DNA of 64,000 nt from Octopus sinensis (GCF_006345805.1 NC_043023.1:682001-746000); one strand, 5' to 3'; counted from the first letter of the stretch, positions 1-12,820 are shown. Numbers and translations: made by a program. The notes: generated by a model from the sequence alone, not told the origin.

Positions 1-419
1 TGGTTGGTTAGCAAGCTACTTACCACACAGCCACTCCTGCGCCTATTATATGTATATGTATATTCACAAGTATATATAATCCTTTACATGTAAGTCTAAA
101 TCTGCATACATATACATCGTGTCTGTGTATATGTGTGGTTTCTATAATTTCAACAAAATAATTTTTAAATGTTTTTTTCCACATTCAAATCCTTCTCCTT
201 CTTGTGGTCTTCATTCACTGATTCCAGACAATGCCAGCTTCCAGGTCATATTTTTTACCATTCCAATCTAGATACCAGATGCCAGAATTTTATATAGGCT
301 GTGTAACCATGGTAACTCGGTTAATTTTATATAAACAAATAAATATACAGATGTAGATATGTATGTGGATGTGTGTGTATACGTATGAAAAAATGGATGT
401 TAAAATGATGAAGATGATG

Positions 420-673
420 ATATGTATGTGTGCATGTATGTATAGTTTATGTGCACATATGTATATGTGGAAGGGTGTAGATATGTATTTTTACACACGT
501 ATGATATGATTGACTTATACATATTGAGAAATACTTATGTATATATATACATATATATATATACACACATATATATATATATGCATATATATATAAATAT
601 ATAATATATACACACACATATATATATACATATATATATATACACACATATATATACATATATATATATACAC

Positions 674-709
<36 letters not shown>

Positions 710-756
710 TCTATCCATATATCTATGTAAATACAGATATCCATGTATACAAATGC

Positions 757-793
<37 letters not shown>

Positions 794-1280
794 CACATAA
801 ACATATATGTATCTATACCTATATGTGTGTAAGTATAAATATATTCATATGAACATATGTATCTATCTATGTATGTGTGTGTGTATTAAGGCACCCATTT
901 ACATAAACATCCCATGTGCAGTCTCACACATACATAAATGCACATTATATAGTATTACAAGTGTGTGTGTTTATATATATATATACATACACACACACAC
1001 ACAAAAATACCCACAAATACACACAAATGTGCAGAAGCATATGCATACACTCTTAAATACTCAGACACACACACATACACATGTATACACTAGTACACAT
1101 ATATAAGCATATATAGATAAATATATACACCAATAAACACTCCCCGTACAGTCATATGCATCTAATTTTATACACTCAAATGCATGCATATGTATACATA
1201 ACACATTTATGTTCATATTTATATATATATATATTATATATATGCATACATACATATGGGCATATATGTGCTTGTGGAAA

Positions 1281-1321
<41 letters not shown>

Positions 1322-1650
1322 CAGTCACAAATGCAATCATACATGCACATTCAAATATACAAACACATTCATATTCATTTTTACACATATTTATTATATA
1401 TATATATGTGTGTGTGTGTATGTATATATATATAAATATGTTTGTATTATATATAAATATGTGTGTATATATCTATGTATATATATATATAAATATATAT
1501 ATAAATGTGTATATATGTAAATATATAGATATGTATATATATGTATATATATATGCATGTATATATATGTATATATACATATATATATACATGCATATGT
1601 ATATATATATATATACATATGTATATACATGCATATGTGTATATATATAT

Positions 1651-1707
<57 letters not shown>

Positions 1708-1760
1708 GCATGTATATATATATATACATGCGTACACATATATGTACACACGCATATATG
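420..1760. repeat. (TA)n/(TG)n/(CA)n compound microsatellite field
   Basis: Direct inspection; similar fields at 10440-10930, 11440-11790, 14480-15150, 22860-23340, 43600-44580 and 61990-62550. Confidence 0.95.
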
Positions 1761-2373
1761 TTGCAGTCACATACACACACACCCACACGGATATACAATC
1801 CAATTTTCCCCAATTCCTTACCATTATACACCAATTTCTTTCAGATGTCGGCTCCTTCCATAATCGCTTCAGGAGCATTTCTTTGATATTCCTCACGCGC
1901 TTTATTACCGAAAATTCAATTAGTCCCTTCCAACCCCTTGTCTCACCCTCAAAACTTCACCACCCTCCACTCTCCAGCACCCTCTTGCATTTTCAGTAAC
2001 CATTCTTCCTTAAAACTTATCAATGAAAGTCTTTATATGGGAGCTAGACCTGTTAGACACAGAAGTCAAATCTCCCTCAAATCACACCCTACTGTCATAT
2101 GTATGTATGAGTCAATGAGGGAAACCTCTACAGGGTTGCTAGATCTGGTAGAAATAGCAACCAAATTTCCCTCAAATCACAACCTACTGTCTTACATATG
2201 TATGCGTGTATATATATATACAAATGAGAGGGATGTCCACTATGTGGACAACCCTTATGCTAGAAGTAGATCCGCTATGGTCTTACCACTAAGAAATGTT
2301 CTCAAGAAAAATTTAGCAAACACCAGAACGTAAGCAAGCAAGACAAATTAAAAGTAACAAAATATAGATTATT

Positions 2374-2442
2374 CACATACATGTTTCATTATTAACACAT
2401 GTAATTTTTACTTATGCAATCTGTCTGTAGATCCTCAGTGTG
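2374..2442 (-). ncRNA. Minimal hammerhead motif (family F, inverted copy)
   Basis: Minus strand reads CACA-CUGAGGA...GAAAC-AU-GUA-UGUG. Stem II is degraded. Confidence 0.5.
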
Positions 2443-2582
2443 ACCGTCAATACGAATATAATTTGCAGAACTATATATGAGGACGTCTGCATGAGGACAG
2501 ACCTCTATCTAGTTCTACCTATTACACTTGCGGTTATATTTCAGAAAAATATAGTTCTGCAAATTATATTTGTATAGACGGG

Positions 2583-2654
2583 CACACTGAGGATCTACGG
2601 ACAGATTGCGTAAGTAAAAATTATGTAATATATTAATAGTGAAACATGTATGTG
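2583..2654 (+). ncRNA. Minimal type I hammerhead motif (family F)
   Basis: CACA-CUGAGGA(2587-2593)...GAAAC-AU-GUA(2648-2650)-UGUG. Stem I 4 bp, palindromic stem III ACAUGU, weak stem II (CUA/UAG). Confidence 0.6.
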
Positions 2655-3990
2655 ATTAATCTATATTTTGTTAACTTTCATTTGCCTTGCTTGCTTACGT
2701 TCTGGTGTTTGCTAAATTTTTCTTGAGAACATTTCTTAGTGGTTAGATCATAGCGGATCTACTTCTAGCATAAGGGTTGTCCACAGTGGTCATCCCTCTC
2801 ATATGTATATAATAGAATTTACTGAACTTTCAGATTTTATATGCTAGACCACTGGTGTTAAATTGATGTTAATTTAATTAAATTAATACCCAATTTCTCA
2901 CCCTCATTTTTAATTATGTATATACGTATGTATGAGCTAATGAAGGAGAGCTCTACATGATAACTAGATCTCTTGGAAATAGCAGCCAAATCTCACCCAA
3001 ATGATACCTTACTGTCTTATGTTTGTGTATATATGTGTGTGTATATGAGCTAATGGTGGTGGCTCGATATAGTAGCTAGATCTGGTAGAAATAGTGAAAT
3101 CTCCTTCAAATCACACCCTACTGTCTTATGTATGTATTATCAAGAGAATGAGACCTCTACATGGTAGATACTCTTGCAAGAAATAGCAGGTAAATTTTTC
3201 TCAAATCACACCTTACTGTGTTATGTATGCATGGAAACTATATGGAAGTATGTTTATGTTTGTCCTCCTCATTGTTTGACAACTGGTGTTGGTTTGATTA
3301 CATCTCCTTAACTCAGCAGTTCAACAAAAGGGAATGATACAATAAGCTTAAAATAAATACTGGGTTTGACCTGTTTTGATAAAACCCTTCAAGGAGTGCT
3401 CCAGCATGGCCTCAGTCTAGTGACTGAAATTAGTATATTTCAGTTAACAACCTGAGGCATAATGGACAGACGTCTTTCCCTTCAACAAAACAAACTAAAA
3501 CTGCAAAAACTTACAGACCACGCTTCTCTAAGGCAGTAATACAAGGTGGTACCAAAAGGTTCTTAGACTAATTATGTTTAATACAACATAACTTGGAAAT
3601 AATTTATTTCTAAATCTCTCAGAGAGGTTTATGCTGTAGCAGCATGATAAGGTGATAGCATGTTGTCAACTTAATGTAACAGTCCCATGAAAGGGAAGAA
3701 TGCTACTGTTATTTAGCCCTAGGAAACACTGTTTCCTGTTGGACTTGACAAATTTCCTGTGTCCTTATGTTTTCAAACAGGGGAGATAAGCACCTCTGCC
3801 CAGCAAAGCCAGCATCCAGAGACTAGTTTCAGAGTCATTGCTCATCATAACTTATTTATCTGAGTTTTAACTTCATCTTCTTTGAAATAATCACCTTGTA
3901 CAGCAATACACTGGTTCCAGTGTTCCTGCCATTTTTGCAATCTTGAAGTCGTTTCCATAAGCGAGTTGAGGACCTTCTGCAATTTCTATA

Positions 3991-4190
3991 TTTCAGAGGT
4001 GAGGAATTATTTACATTATTTACATTCAATGGATATTTGTTCTCATCTTGCTTGTTGTTAACACTATGTTTCGGCTGATATACTCTCCAGCCTTCTTCAG
4101 GCCCATAGGCATATGGTGTAGTGGTTAAGAGCACAGGCTACTAGCCCCAAGATTCCAAGTTCGATTCCAAGCAGTGACCTGAACAATAAC

Positions 4191-4223
<33 letters not shown>

Positions 4224-4389
4224 TATAATAATTATAGTAATAATAATAACATCAAAAAATACCTTAGGGATGAGAACTCAGGTTTGAAATTTCTGATGAA
4301 GGCTGGAGGGTATATCAGCCGAAACATTGTGTTAACAACAAACAAGATGAGGACAAATATCTGATAAATGTAAATAATGTAAATAATGT
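3991..4389. mobile_element. tRNA-headed element with Penelope-type hammerhead tail plus inverted partial copy
   Basis: Head at 4108 with A-box-like TGGTGTAGTGG and B-box GTTCGATTCC, then (AAT)n, then CTGATGA-A-GGCTG..CAGCC-GAAAC at 4293-4325. Inverted tail copy at 3991-4104. Interrupts the mariner ORF. Confidence 0.8.
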
Positions 4390-4704
4390 ACTTCTGCATT
4401 TTGCTCTGGATTTTGACAATGGTGTTCAAACAGCAACCTCTGAACTGCATTTTAATCTTGTGGAAGAGATGGAAGTTCCCAGGTGCTAAATCTGGTGAGT
4501 GCAGAAACAATGCCATGTTGTTTTTGGCAAGAGACTCATGAGGTCAGTGACAGGGTGTGTCGTCATCATGAAGAATCCAGTTCTTTGTGCTCCACAGATC
4601 TGGTTGCTTCCACCAAACATCCTTCCTCAAAAGCTTCAAAGTGTTACAGTAGACTTCTTGATTGATAATCTGTCCCTGTGGAACAGATTCTTGATGCACA
4701 ATAC

Positions 4705-5093
4705 GCAGGAGTGGCTGTGTGGTAAGTAGCTTGCTAACCAACCACATGGTTCCGGGTTCAGTCCCACTGCGTGGCATCTTGGGCAAGTGTCTTCTGCTAT
4801 AGCCCTGGGCCGACCAATGCCTTGTGAGTGGATTTGGTAGACGGAAACTGAAAGAAGCCTGTCGTATATATGTATGTATGTGTGTATGTGTGTCTGTGTT
4901 TGTCCCCCTAGCATTGCTTGACAACCGATGCCAGTGTGTTTACGTCCCCGTCACTTAGCGGTTCGGCAAAAGAGACCAATAGAATAAGTACTGGGCTTAC
5001 AAAGAATAAGTCCCAGGGTCGATTTGCTAGACTAAAGGCGGTGCTCCAGCATGGCCGCAGTCGAATGACTGAAACAAGTAAAAGAGTAAAGAG
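4705..5093 (+). mobile_element. ~400-bp bipartite tRNA-derived SINE (dominant family), near-consensus copy
   Basis: Head GCAGGAGTGGCTGTGTGGTAAG...GGTTCAGTCCC, internal (TA/TG)n, second half ending (GTAAAAGA)n. More than 30 full or partial copies on both strands, e.g. 1-43, 9832-10250, 17040-17422, 27165-27750, 29045-29430, 36832-37245, 38645-39030, 46490-46850, 50760-51145, 52165-52840. Confidence 0.9.
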
Positions 5094-5497
5094 TAATACC
5101 ACAATTCTAGGGATGATGCTCATGGTAGGCCTTCCAGAGACATTCTTCCAATTTTGAAGCACCTGTGTCACTCTAGACCAGTGTTTCCCAACCTTTTTTC
5201 CCGGCGCCCCACTTTTTCATAGCAAAAGTTTTTATGCCCCACCTTTTCCCATGTCCACTCACATTTACAAGTACATGTGGGCCTACTTACAATTGAAAAA
5301 AAATCAAAAATTAAAAAATTGTATTCAAAATACAAAAAAATAGTTTGAGAATTGAAACAACAGGCACTGAAAGTGCATAACACCCAATAAATCGATAAAA
5401 TTATTACGATTTCTCATGTTTTTAAAAAATGTCAATTTATAAAGAATAAAGAAACACGTTTTTTCAGTTCAATTATTTGACGGTCAGCTCGACTAAT

Positions 5498-7367
5498 TTA
5501 GTGAGAACCCTGTGCCTGATGCATACAGCACAAGTTTTTAATTTGAGGAGACAACTTTGTTAATTTCAGTCGTAAATCGCCACGTTTTGTAATCTCAAGC
5601 CGGTTTCTCTTGGCTTCGAGCAAATTATCAACTGCACTAAAACCACATTCGACCAAATAAGACGAAGGGAAAGGAATCAGTAGCTCTCTCGCTGATGTAG
5701 AAATTTTAGGATATTTTCTTTCAACCTCGTCATATAGCCACATCTTTGTACCTTTCAATTTAAACAAAGTCTTCACTGATTCATCATGTTGTAATTCTGA
5801 TAACTCTTCTTGGTATTGGATTGTAGCATCAGAAACGTTAATCAGAAGCGGTTGAGTTAACCAAGAAGGAAAATTCATTGCCTTTAAATCGCAAAATCTG
5901 TCATTGAAATCCTTTATCAAGATATTTAAATGATCAATAATTACAATGCCAGCATCATTCGTTATTTCACATTTACTCAACCAGTAAAGTTCACTGAAAT
6001 TTCTTTTGGAAAATTTCTTTTTCCATAATTCGAGAGCTGTAATAAATCCAAAAATCTTTGCTTTTGCATCAATAAGTGTCATGTTTGCACCTTGAAGTTG
6101 TTTATTCAAGTTTCCAAGTTTCTCAAATATGTCTGTCAAATAACTGACAAATGCTTTTCCATCCGTTGTTGACAGCAATTTCATTTCACATTTATCACTA
6201 AGAAAGTCGTTAATCTGATCAAATAATTCCATGAACCTCTTTAAGCAGTTTCCACTTGATAGCCATCTTACTTCTGTATGAAGCAATAATCGAACATGTT
6301 CGGCACTTTGATTTATCATTCATTCATTGTTCGACCGTGGTCGAGACAATGGAATTTACCATGTTGCGCCAGACTTCACGGTCCATCATAGCACCACGGA
6401 GGTCCTGTTGATTTATACAAAACTGCTTAAAAAGACGTTCAGATTTAGAATTTCTTTTAATGCTGTTGACACACTTAATCACACTTTGAAGAATCTTGTT
6501 AAGAACAGGGGACAATTTCTTGGCAACCAAGTTTTCTCGGTGTATTACACAATGGACAGTCAACATGTTTGGATTTTCATCCTTCATCATTTTTAAGCAC
6601 CCCGTATTCTTGCCCATCATGGCAGGTGCACCGTCTGCCACACATGCCAGTAAGTTTTCCTTTGGTATTTTGTTTGCATCCAAATAATGTTTGATTTTGA
6701 TGTAAATATCATTTGCAGTTGTGGTGGTTTCAAACGATTCGCAGAACAGCATCTCTTCCTGAAACTCCTCGTGGTCAATATACCTCACATAAGTCAATAA
6801 CAGAGCCTCACTGTCCCGGATTGTGGATTTGTCCATTTGTAATGAAAACTTACGCAATTTTAATTTCTCAATGAGCTGGCTTTCAACATCTTGCCCCATT
6901 TCATCTATTCTGTTCGAGACAGTGTTATTACTGAGTGGCATAGTCCTGATATCTCCATCATCTTTTTGTAATACAGTTTTTAAGAATATTGAGATAGCAG
7001 GTTTAATCAGTTGCTCTCCAATAGTGTGATTCTTTCCATGTTTTGCTATAAGCAAGGAGATTTCGTAGCTGGCTTCAAGGGCACGAGTATGAGGCGCTTG
7101 TTTTGCATGAAATAGTGAAGTGAGTTTTGTTCGGTTTTTAAATTTTTCTTTCAATGATTTGAAGTATTCCAAATCTAAATTAGAATTATTAGGATGTCTT
7201 ACCTTTAAGTGCGCTTCCAGCCTACCTGCCTTCATTGACTCATTGCTCATCGTCTGATTACATAATAAGCAAAACGGTTTACGCTCATGATGCTCATCAG
7301 GAATGAATCCAAACTTCAAAAACTCCACTGCGTATTGACGAGTCTTCTTCTTGTTTGGTTTGCTCAT
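5498..7367 (-). pseudogene. hAT transposase (589 aa when reconstructed), split by a 100-bp insertion
   Basis: ORFs 6324-7385 and 5498-6319. BED finger CLLC..HLKVRH, motifs FSLQMDKST, ADGAPAM, HCVIH, HTEVRWLS and SSYLVECGFS. ATG at 7367. Removing 6317-6416 restores KQFCINQSAEHVRLLLHTEVRW in one frame with no other stop. Confidence 0.93.
6317..6407 (-). mobile_element. 5'-truncated LINE 3' end (RTE-like) inserted in the hAT transposase
   Basis: TSD TTGATTTAT at 6308-6316 and 6408-6416. Encodes DLRGAMMDREVWRNMVNSIVSTTVEQ*, which resembles an RTE ORF C-terminus, followed by a (TGAA)n tail. Confidence 0.82.
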
Positions 7368-7904
7368 TTTCAATAGGGCTAACAAAAGACTAATTGAGGC
7401 AAACTAATTGAGGCAATTGATTGGCTTATCTGAATAGTAAGTTTATTGCTCAGTGCGGGATCTTCTTTGTCTCGCTGGGGTGCGAGAGTTTCCGATGTGG
7501 AGGCTTCAAAGGAAAGACGGAATCTAAGGTTGTGCCCGCGATGACCGCTCGTCATGCACAAATATTTTTACAGCCCACGTCTATGCCCCGCGCCCCACCT
7601 GAATTTTCTCAGGCCCCACCAGTGGGGCGTACGCCCCACCTTGGGAATCACTGCTCTAGACATTGTGCATGACCCATTGACTCATCACTGTAAGCATGCT
7701 CAAAGTCTCTGTAGCAGACTTCCCAAGTTTAATGCAAGATTTCACGATGGCCCTTTATTCCTGTCCATAACAAAATCGCAGAATACATATATATATCACG
7801 TGACCGACCAGGCTATCAGATGTTGTTACACAGTGATGTGTGTGTATGAAAGTATGGATTCACAATATACACATAAGGCCTTTTAAACTGATTTCTATCT
7901 CTCT

Positions 7905-7995
7905 ATCAATCTGTCTGTCTGCCTGTCTGTCCGTCCACCCACCTACCCACCCACCCATCTGTCTGTCCATCTATCGATCAGTCTATCTATCTATA

Positions 7996-8045
<50 letters not shown>

Positions 8046-8155
8046 CGTCCGTCCGTCCGTCCGTCCGTCCGTCCGTCCGTCCATCTATCGATCAGTCTAT
8101 CTATCTATGTCTATCTATCTATCTATCTATCTCTCTATCTACCTATCTATCTATA
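7905..8155 (+). repeat. Compound tetranucleotide microsatellite (TCTG/TCCG/TCTA)n
   Basis: Direct inspection; a similar tract lies at 55425-55710. Confidence 0.95.
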
Positions 8156-8566
8156 GGTGAAGGAGTGGCTGTGTGGTAAGTAGCTTGCTTACGAACCACA
8201 TGGTTCCAGGTTCAATCCCACTGCATAGCACCTTCGACAAGTGTCTTCTAGTATATCCTCAGGCCAACCAAAGCCTTGTGAGTGGATTTGGTAGACGGAA
8301 ACTGAAAGAAGCCCGACGTATATATGTATATATATATATATATATACGTGTGTGTGTGTATGTTTGCGTCGCTGTGTAGTGTCCCCCACCATCGCTTGAC
8401 AACTGACGCTGGTATGTTTACATCCCCTTAACTTAGCAGTTCAGCAAAAGAGACCGATAGAATAAGTACTAGGCTTACAAAGAATATGTCCTGGGGTCCA
8501 ATTTGCTCGACTAAAAGGCGGTGCTCCAGCATGGCCACAGTCAAATGACTGAAACCAGTAAAAGAG
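8156..8566 (+). mobile_element. Dominant ~400-bp SINE copy
   Basis: Collinear with 4705-5093. Confidence 0.9.
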
Positions 8567-8783
8567 TATCTATCTATCTGTCTATCTATATCTACCGTTA
8601 GCTGTCTATCTATCTATCTCTTTGTTTACATTCCTGTCTGTCTGTGTCTATTTTTCTATTTATGTACACACTTTAAATATATTCATGTATGTATGCATAT
8701 ATGTATTTATAATTTATTCTTAAAATCTTTGAGTCCTGAATATCTATATTATGCGTGTGTATGCATGTGGGTACATAAATATC

Positions 8784-8838
<55 letters not shown>

Positions 8839-9129
8839 AATTTATGCATAAAATCTTTTAAACGCACACATTCATTCATTCTCCCTAACAAAGTGAACCA
8901 GCCATCAAAATGCTGATTGACCCCTCCCCCACTACCCTTAAACCCTAACATCCCCTTCCCCCCCACCAGATCCCCAAAATATTCATATTAACGAAACTTT
9001 CCTCAAATACAGTATATCCTTCCTGATAAACCTTAATCAGTTTAGGGATTACTGATTTGATTAAGGTCCAACTTGACTCCAACCGCCCTCCCCTACATCT
9101 CTGTGCCCCTAACTCTGTTGTCCCTTTAA

Positions 9130-9275
9130 CCCCTTTCATCTATCTCTCTTTCCTTCTTTCTCTTTCCCTCCCTCTCTCTCTCTCTCTTTCTCTGTTTATG
9201 TGTGTGAGTATATTTCTATTTTTCTGTTTGAAGAGGGGGAAAGTTTGCATTAATTGTGTTCAGTTAATAAATTGT

Positions 9276-9306
<31 letters not shown>

Positions 9307-9620
9307 TGCACTCTCATTCTTACTCTCTTTCTCTTTGTTCTTCCCTCTCTCTCTCTCTCTCTCTCTTTGATCTCTCTCTTTGTTCCTCTCTCTCCTGCTT
9401 TGTTTCTCTCTCTTTGTTCCTTTCTTATTCTCTTTGTTCTTCTTTCTTACTCCCTTTGTTCTCTCTCTCTCTTTCTTCTCTCTCTCTCTCTTTTTCTTCT
9501 CTCTCTCTTTCTTCTCTCTCTCTCTTTTCCTTCTCTCTCTCTTTCTTCTCTCTCTCCCTTTCTTCTCTCTCTCTCTTTGTTTCTCTGACTTTCTTTTTCT
9601 CTCACTCTCTTTTGCTCCCT
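9130..9620 (+). repeat. Polypyrimidine (CT/CTT) low-complexity tract
   Basis: Direct inspection; it produces the spurious Ser/Leu and Arg/Glu ORFs. Confidence 0.95.
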
Positions 9621-9788
9621 TTATACACACACTTACACAAACTTACACACACACATACACACACACAAACACACTTACACACACACACATACATTTGCAT
9701 GTGTGAGACAGAAAGATATAGATTGGACAGTAGGTAGATCAGTTTGTAGGTAACAAGATAGGTAGATAGATTTATAGACTGCTGCACC

Positions 9789-9821
<33 letters not shown>

Positions 9822-10750
9822 AAAATGTAGATACAGCCATGGCTGTGTGGTAAGAAGCTTGCTTTCCAACCACATGATTCCAGGTTCAGTCCCACTGCAT
9901 GGCACTTTGAGAAAGTGTCCTCTTCTATAGCCTTGGGTCAACCAAATCTTGGAGAATGGATTTGGCAGATGGAAACTGAAAGAAGCCCATCGTGTATATA
10001 CATACGCATATATGTGTTTATGTGTGTGAGTCTTTGTGTCTGTGTTTGACTCACACTACCACCACCACCACTTGACAGCCGGTGTTGGTGTGTTTACATC
10101 CCTGTAATGTTGCATTTCAGCAGAAGAGGCCAGCAGAATAAATACTAAGCTTAAAAATAAAGTGCTTTGGTCGATTAATTTGGCTAAAATTTTTTCAAGG
10201 TAATGCCCCAGCATGGCCATGGCCTACTGACTGAAACAGGTAAAATACTAAAAAATTGTGAGAAGAGGAGTGAGAAACAGAGCGAAGATAAAGAGGACAA
10301 AGGGGGAGGGGTAAGAGGAATAGAAGAAGAGAGAGGCGTAGGGAGAAAGAAAAGAAAGGGAGGTGGGATGCTTGAGAGGTGTGTGTAAGGGTATGTGTGT
10401 GTATAAATTTGTGAGTGTGTGTTTGTGGATAAATTCAGGTCTATGTCTGTGTGTGTGTATTTATATATATGTGTGTATATTTATACATTGATACATATAT
10501 ACGGAAGAGATTGATATATATATATATATTATAATATATATATATAATGAGCATATATATATATATATAATATATATATATATAATGAGCATATATATAT
10601 ATATATAATATATATATATATATAATGAGCATATATATATACACATATATATATATAATGTACATATGTAGATAATATATATATATATATAATGAACATA
10701 TATATATACACATATATATATAATGTACAAATATATATAAATATATAATG

Positions 10751-10801
<51 letters not shown>

Positions 10802-10863
10802 TATATAATGTACATATATATATATATATAGATACATATATACATACATACATACATACATAT

Positions 10864-10932
<69 letters not shown>

Positions 10933-11471
10933 TATATAGTTTGGCATAGAATGTATTTAGGTAGCTAGATAATCAGATAGATATAGATTAATATTTAGAG
11001 ATAGATAGATAGATGTACAATGGTATATATATATATATGTTTGTGTGTGTGTAGATTGATACGTATATTTATATATGTATATATAAATCTCTACATATCA
11101 GTCTATCTATACACACATATACACACACAGATGCTCGTAAGAGAAATGAGAAAGACACGGTGATGCAATGGAGACAGAATGAAGAGAGGAGAAACATGAT
11201 GAGGACATAGGAAGAAAAAAGGAAAAAAAGAAGGAAAGGCAGATAGATAGATAGATGGAGGAGGAGAGGAGAAAAAGAAAGGGTGAGAAATGTGTGAGGG
11301 GGAGAGAGAGAAAGTGAGGTTAACATTTGTCACAATTCAATTATGTCTGCCCTGAAGTAAGACGTTCAACCAACTTAATCTTGTTTTGCATAAACCTTTT
11401 AACAGGCCACAGTTTAACTGCACTTCTTCTCTCTAGGTATATATATATGTGTGTGTATATATATGTGTGTG

Positions 11472-11508
<37 letters not shown>

Positions 11509-11621
11509 ATATATATGTGTGTATGTGTGTCCATATGTATGTATGTGTGTGTGTGTTTGTATGTGTATATATATGTGTGTATGTGTGCCCATATGTATGT
11601 GTATGTGTGTGTTTGTATGTG

Positions 11622-11656
<35 letters not shown>

Positions 11657-11730
11657 CCATATGTACCTGTGTGTGTGTGTCTACATATTTATGCATGTAT
11701 GTATTCCTATGTAGATAACTGTATGATTGC

Positions 11731-11767
<37 letters not shown>

Positions 11768-11903
11768 TATGTATATATATATACACTCACACACACATGA
11801 CTGATATGCATCTTTCTGTCAACACAGAAATACACATGAATACATACAGGAAGCCATTTAGCTCTCTCTCTATGTGTGTGTGTGTGTGTACCTGTGAATA
11901 TTT

Positions 11904-11946
<43 letters not shown>

Positions 11947-12099
11947 GATGTGAGTGTGGCTGTGTGGTATGATGTTTGCTTTCCAACCACATGATTAACG
12001 GGTTCAGTCCCACTGCGTGACACTTTGGGTAGACCGAAGTCTTGTGAATGGATTTGGTAGACAGAAACTGAAAGAAGCCCATCATATATATATATGTAT

Positions 12100-12330
12100 G
12101 AGGCGGTGAGCTGGCAGAAACGTTAGCATGTCGGGCGAAATGCTTAGCGGTATTTCGTCTGCCGCTATGTTCTGGGTTCAAATTCCACCAAGGTCGACTT
12201 TGCCTTTCATCCTTTCTGGGTCGATAAATAATGTACTAGTTTCGCACTGGGGTCGATATAATCGACTTAATCCCTTTGGCTGTCCTTGTTTATGACCTCT
12301 GTGTTTAACCCCTTGTGGGCAATAAAGAAA
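12100..12330 (+). mobile_element. Second tRNA-derived SINE family (~230 bp)
   Basis: Head GAGGCGGTGAGCTGGCAGAA...GTTCAAATTCC; core GGTCGACTTTGCCTTTCATCCTTT..GGTCGAT, reminiscent of the Meta-SINE domain (from memory). Other copies at 14110-14325, 23590-23740, 26575-27010 (minus) and 41828-42145. Confidence 0.8.
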
Positions 12331-12593
12331 TATATATATATATGTATGAACGTATCTATTTGTTACTGTGTTTCTAGAGTTACCATGTATGTGAATAAAA
12401 ATCCAAATTGAGCAAATGGAGCAGGTATCTTCGGCCTGATGACTAGCTAGTGGACTACCCTCATTTGAGTCATTACTACTTCTGAGATTCTACTAGCTAG
12501 GAAACATATGTAGCCTAGATTTTAACTTTAGGTAGACCAAGGGCTTGTGAGTGGATTTGGTAGATAGAAACTGAAAGAAGTCTGACATATATA

Positions 12594-12820
12594 CAGGGTG
12601 TTCAAAAAGTCTCTCCACAGTGAATTTTTTCTAACCTGCACATCACCATGGTGCTGCTTCAAGAGTTTTTTGGTGAACAGATTATTTCGAAGGGAATTTG
12701 ACCACCAAGGTCACCTGATTTAACACTGCCAGACTTTGTTTTCTGGGGAGCAAATATAGGATCAGTGTAAAAGAATCGCCCAAAAACCATTAAATACTTA
12801 CTACGGAGATACTTTTTGAA

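Larger units (their letters stand above)
2224..2802. repeat. Foldback element: about 255-bp inverted arms (2224-2476 and 2549-2802) with a ~72-bp spacer, Penelope pseudo-LTR-like
   Basis: Arms are reverse complements with scattered mismatches. The right arm continues to ~2920 and matches a dispersed copy at ~47230-47440. Confidence 0.85.
5179..7653 (-). mobile_element. Full-length hAT DNA transposon, Buster/Charlie (ZBED5/SCAND3-like) type
   Basis: TIRs CAGTGTTTCCCAA (5179) and reverse-complement CAGTGATTCCCAA (ends 7653), 12/13 match. Identical 8-bp TSD CTCTAGAC at 5171-5178 and 7654-7661 with the central TA typical of Buster elements. GCCCCAC subterminal repeats at both ends. Confidence 0.96.
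3542..7790 (-). mobile_element. Decayed mariner transposon fragmented by nested insertions
   Basis: TA+CAAGGTGGTACCAAAAGGTT end at 3540, similar to the end at 16201-16234. Minus-strand remnants WILHDDDTPCH, LHSPDLAPGNFHLF and WQEHWNQCIAVQGDYF in 3860-3990 and 4390-4704; N-terminal remnants in 5094-5178 and 7662-7790. Confidence 0.85.

Noticed and set aside
1800-2000. Possible host exon (TTTCTTTCAG acceptor on plus; ATG/GTAAGG donor on minus)
   Set aside because: No recognisable peptide and no matched acceptor-donor pair on one strand.
4108-4180. tRNA genes at SINE heads (also 13733, 28051, 30270, 37653)
   Set aside because: They have A/B boxes but I could not fold a complete cloverleaf, and each runs into a repeat body.
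8935-8950. Telomere-like TAAACCCTAA
   Set aside because: A single occurrence, not an array.
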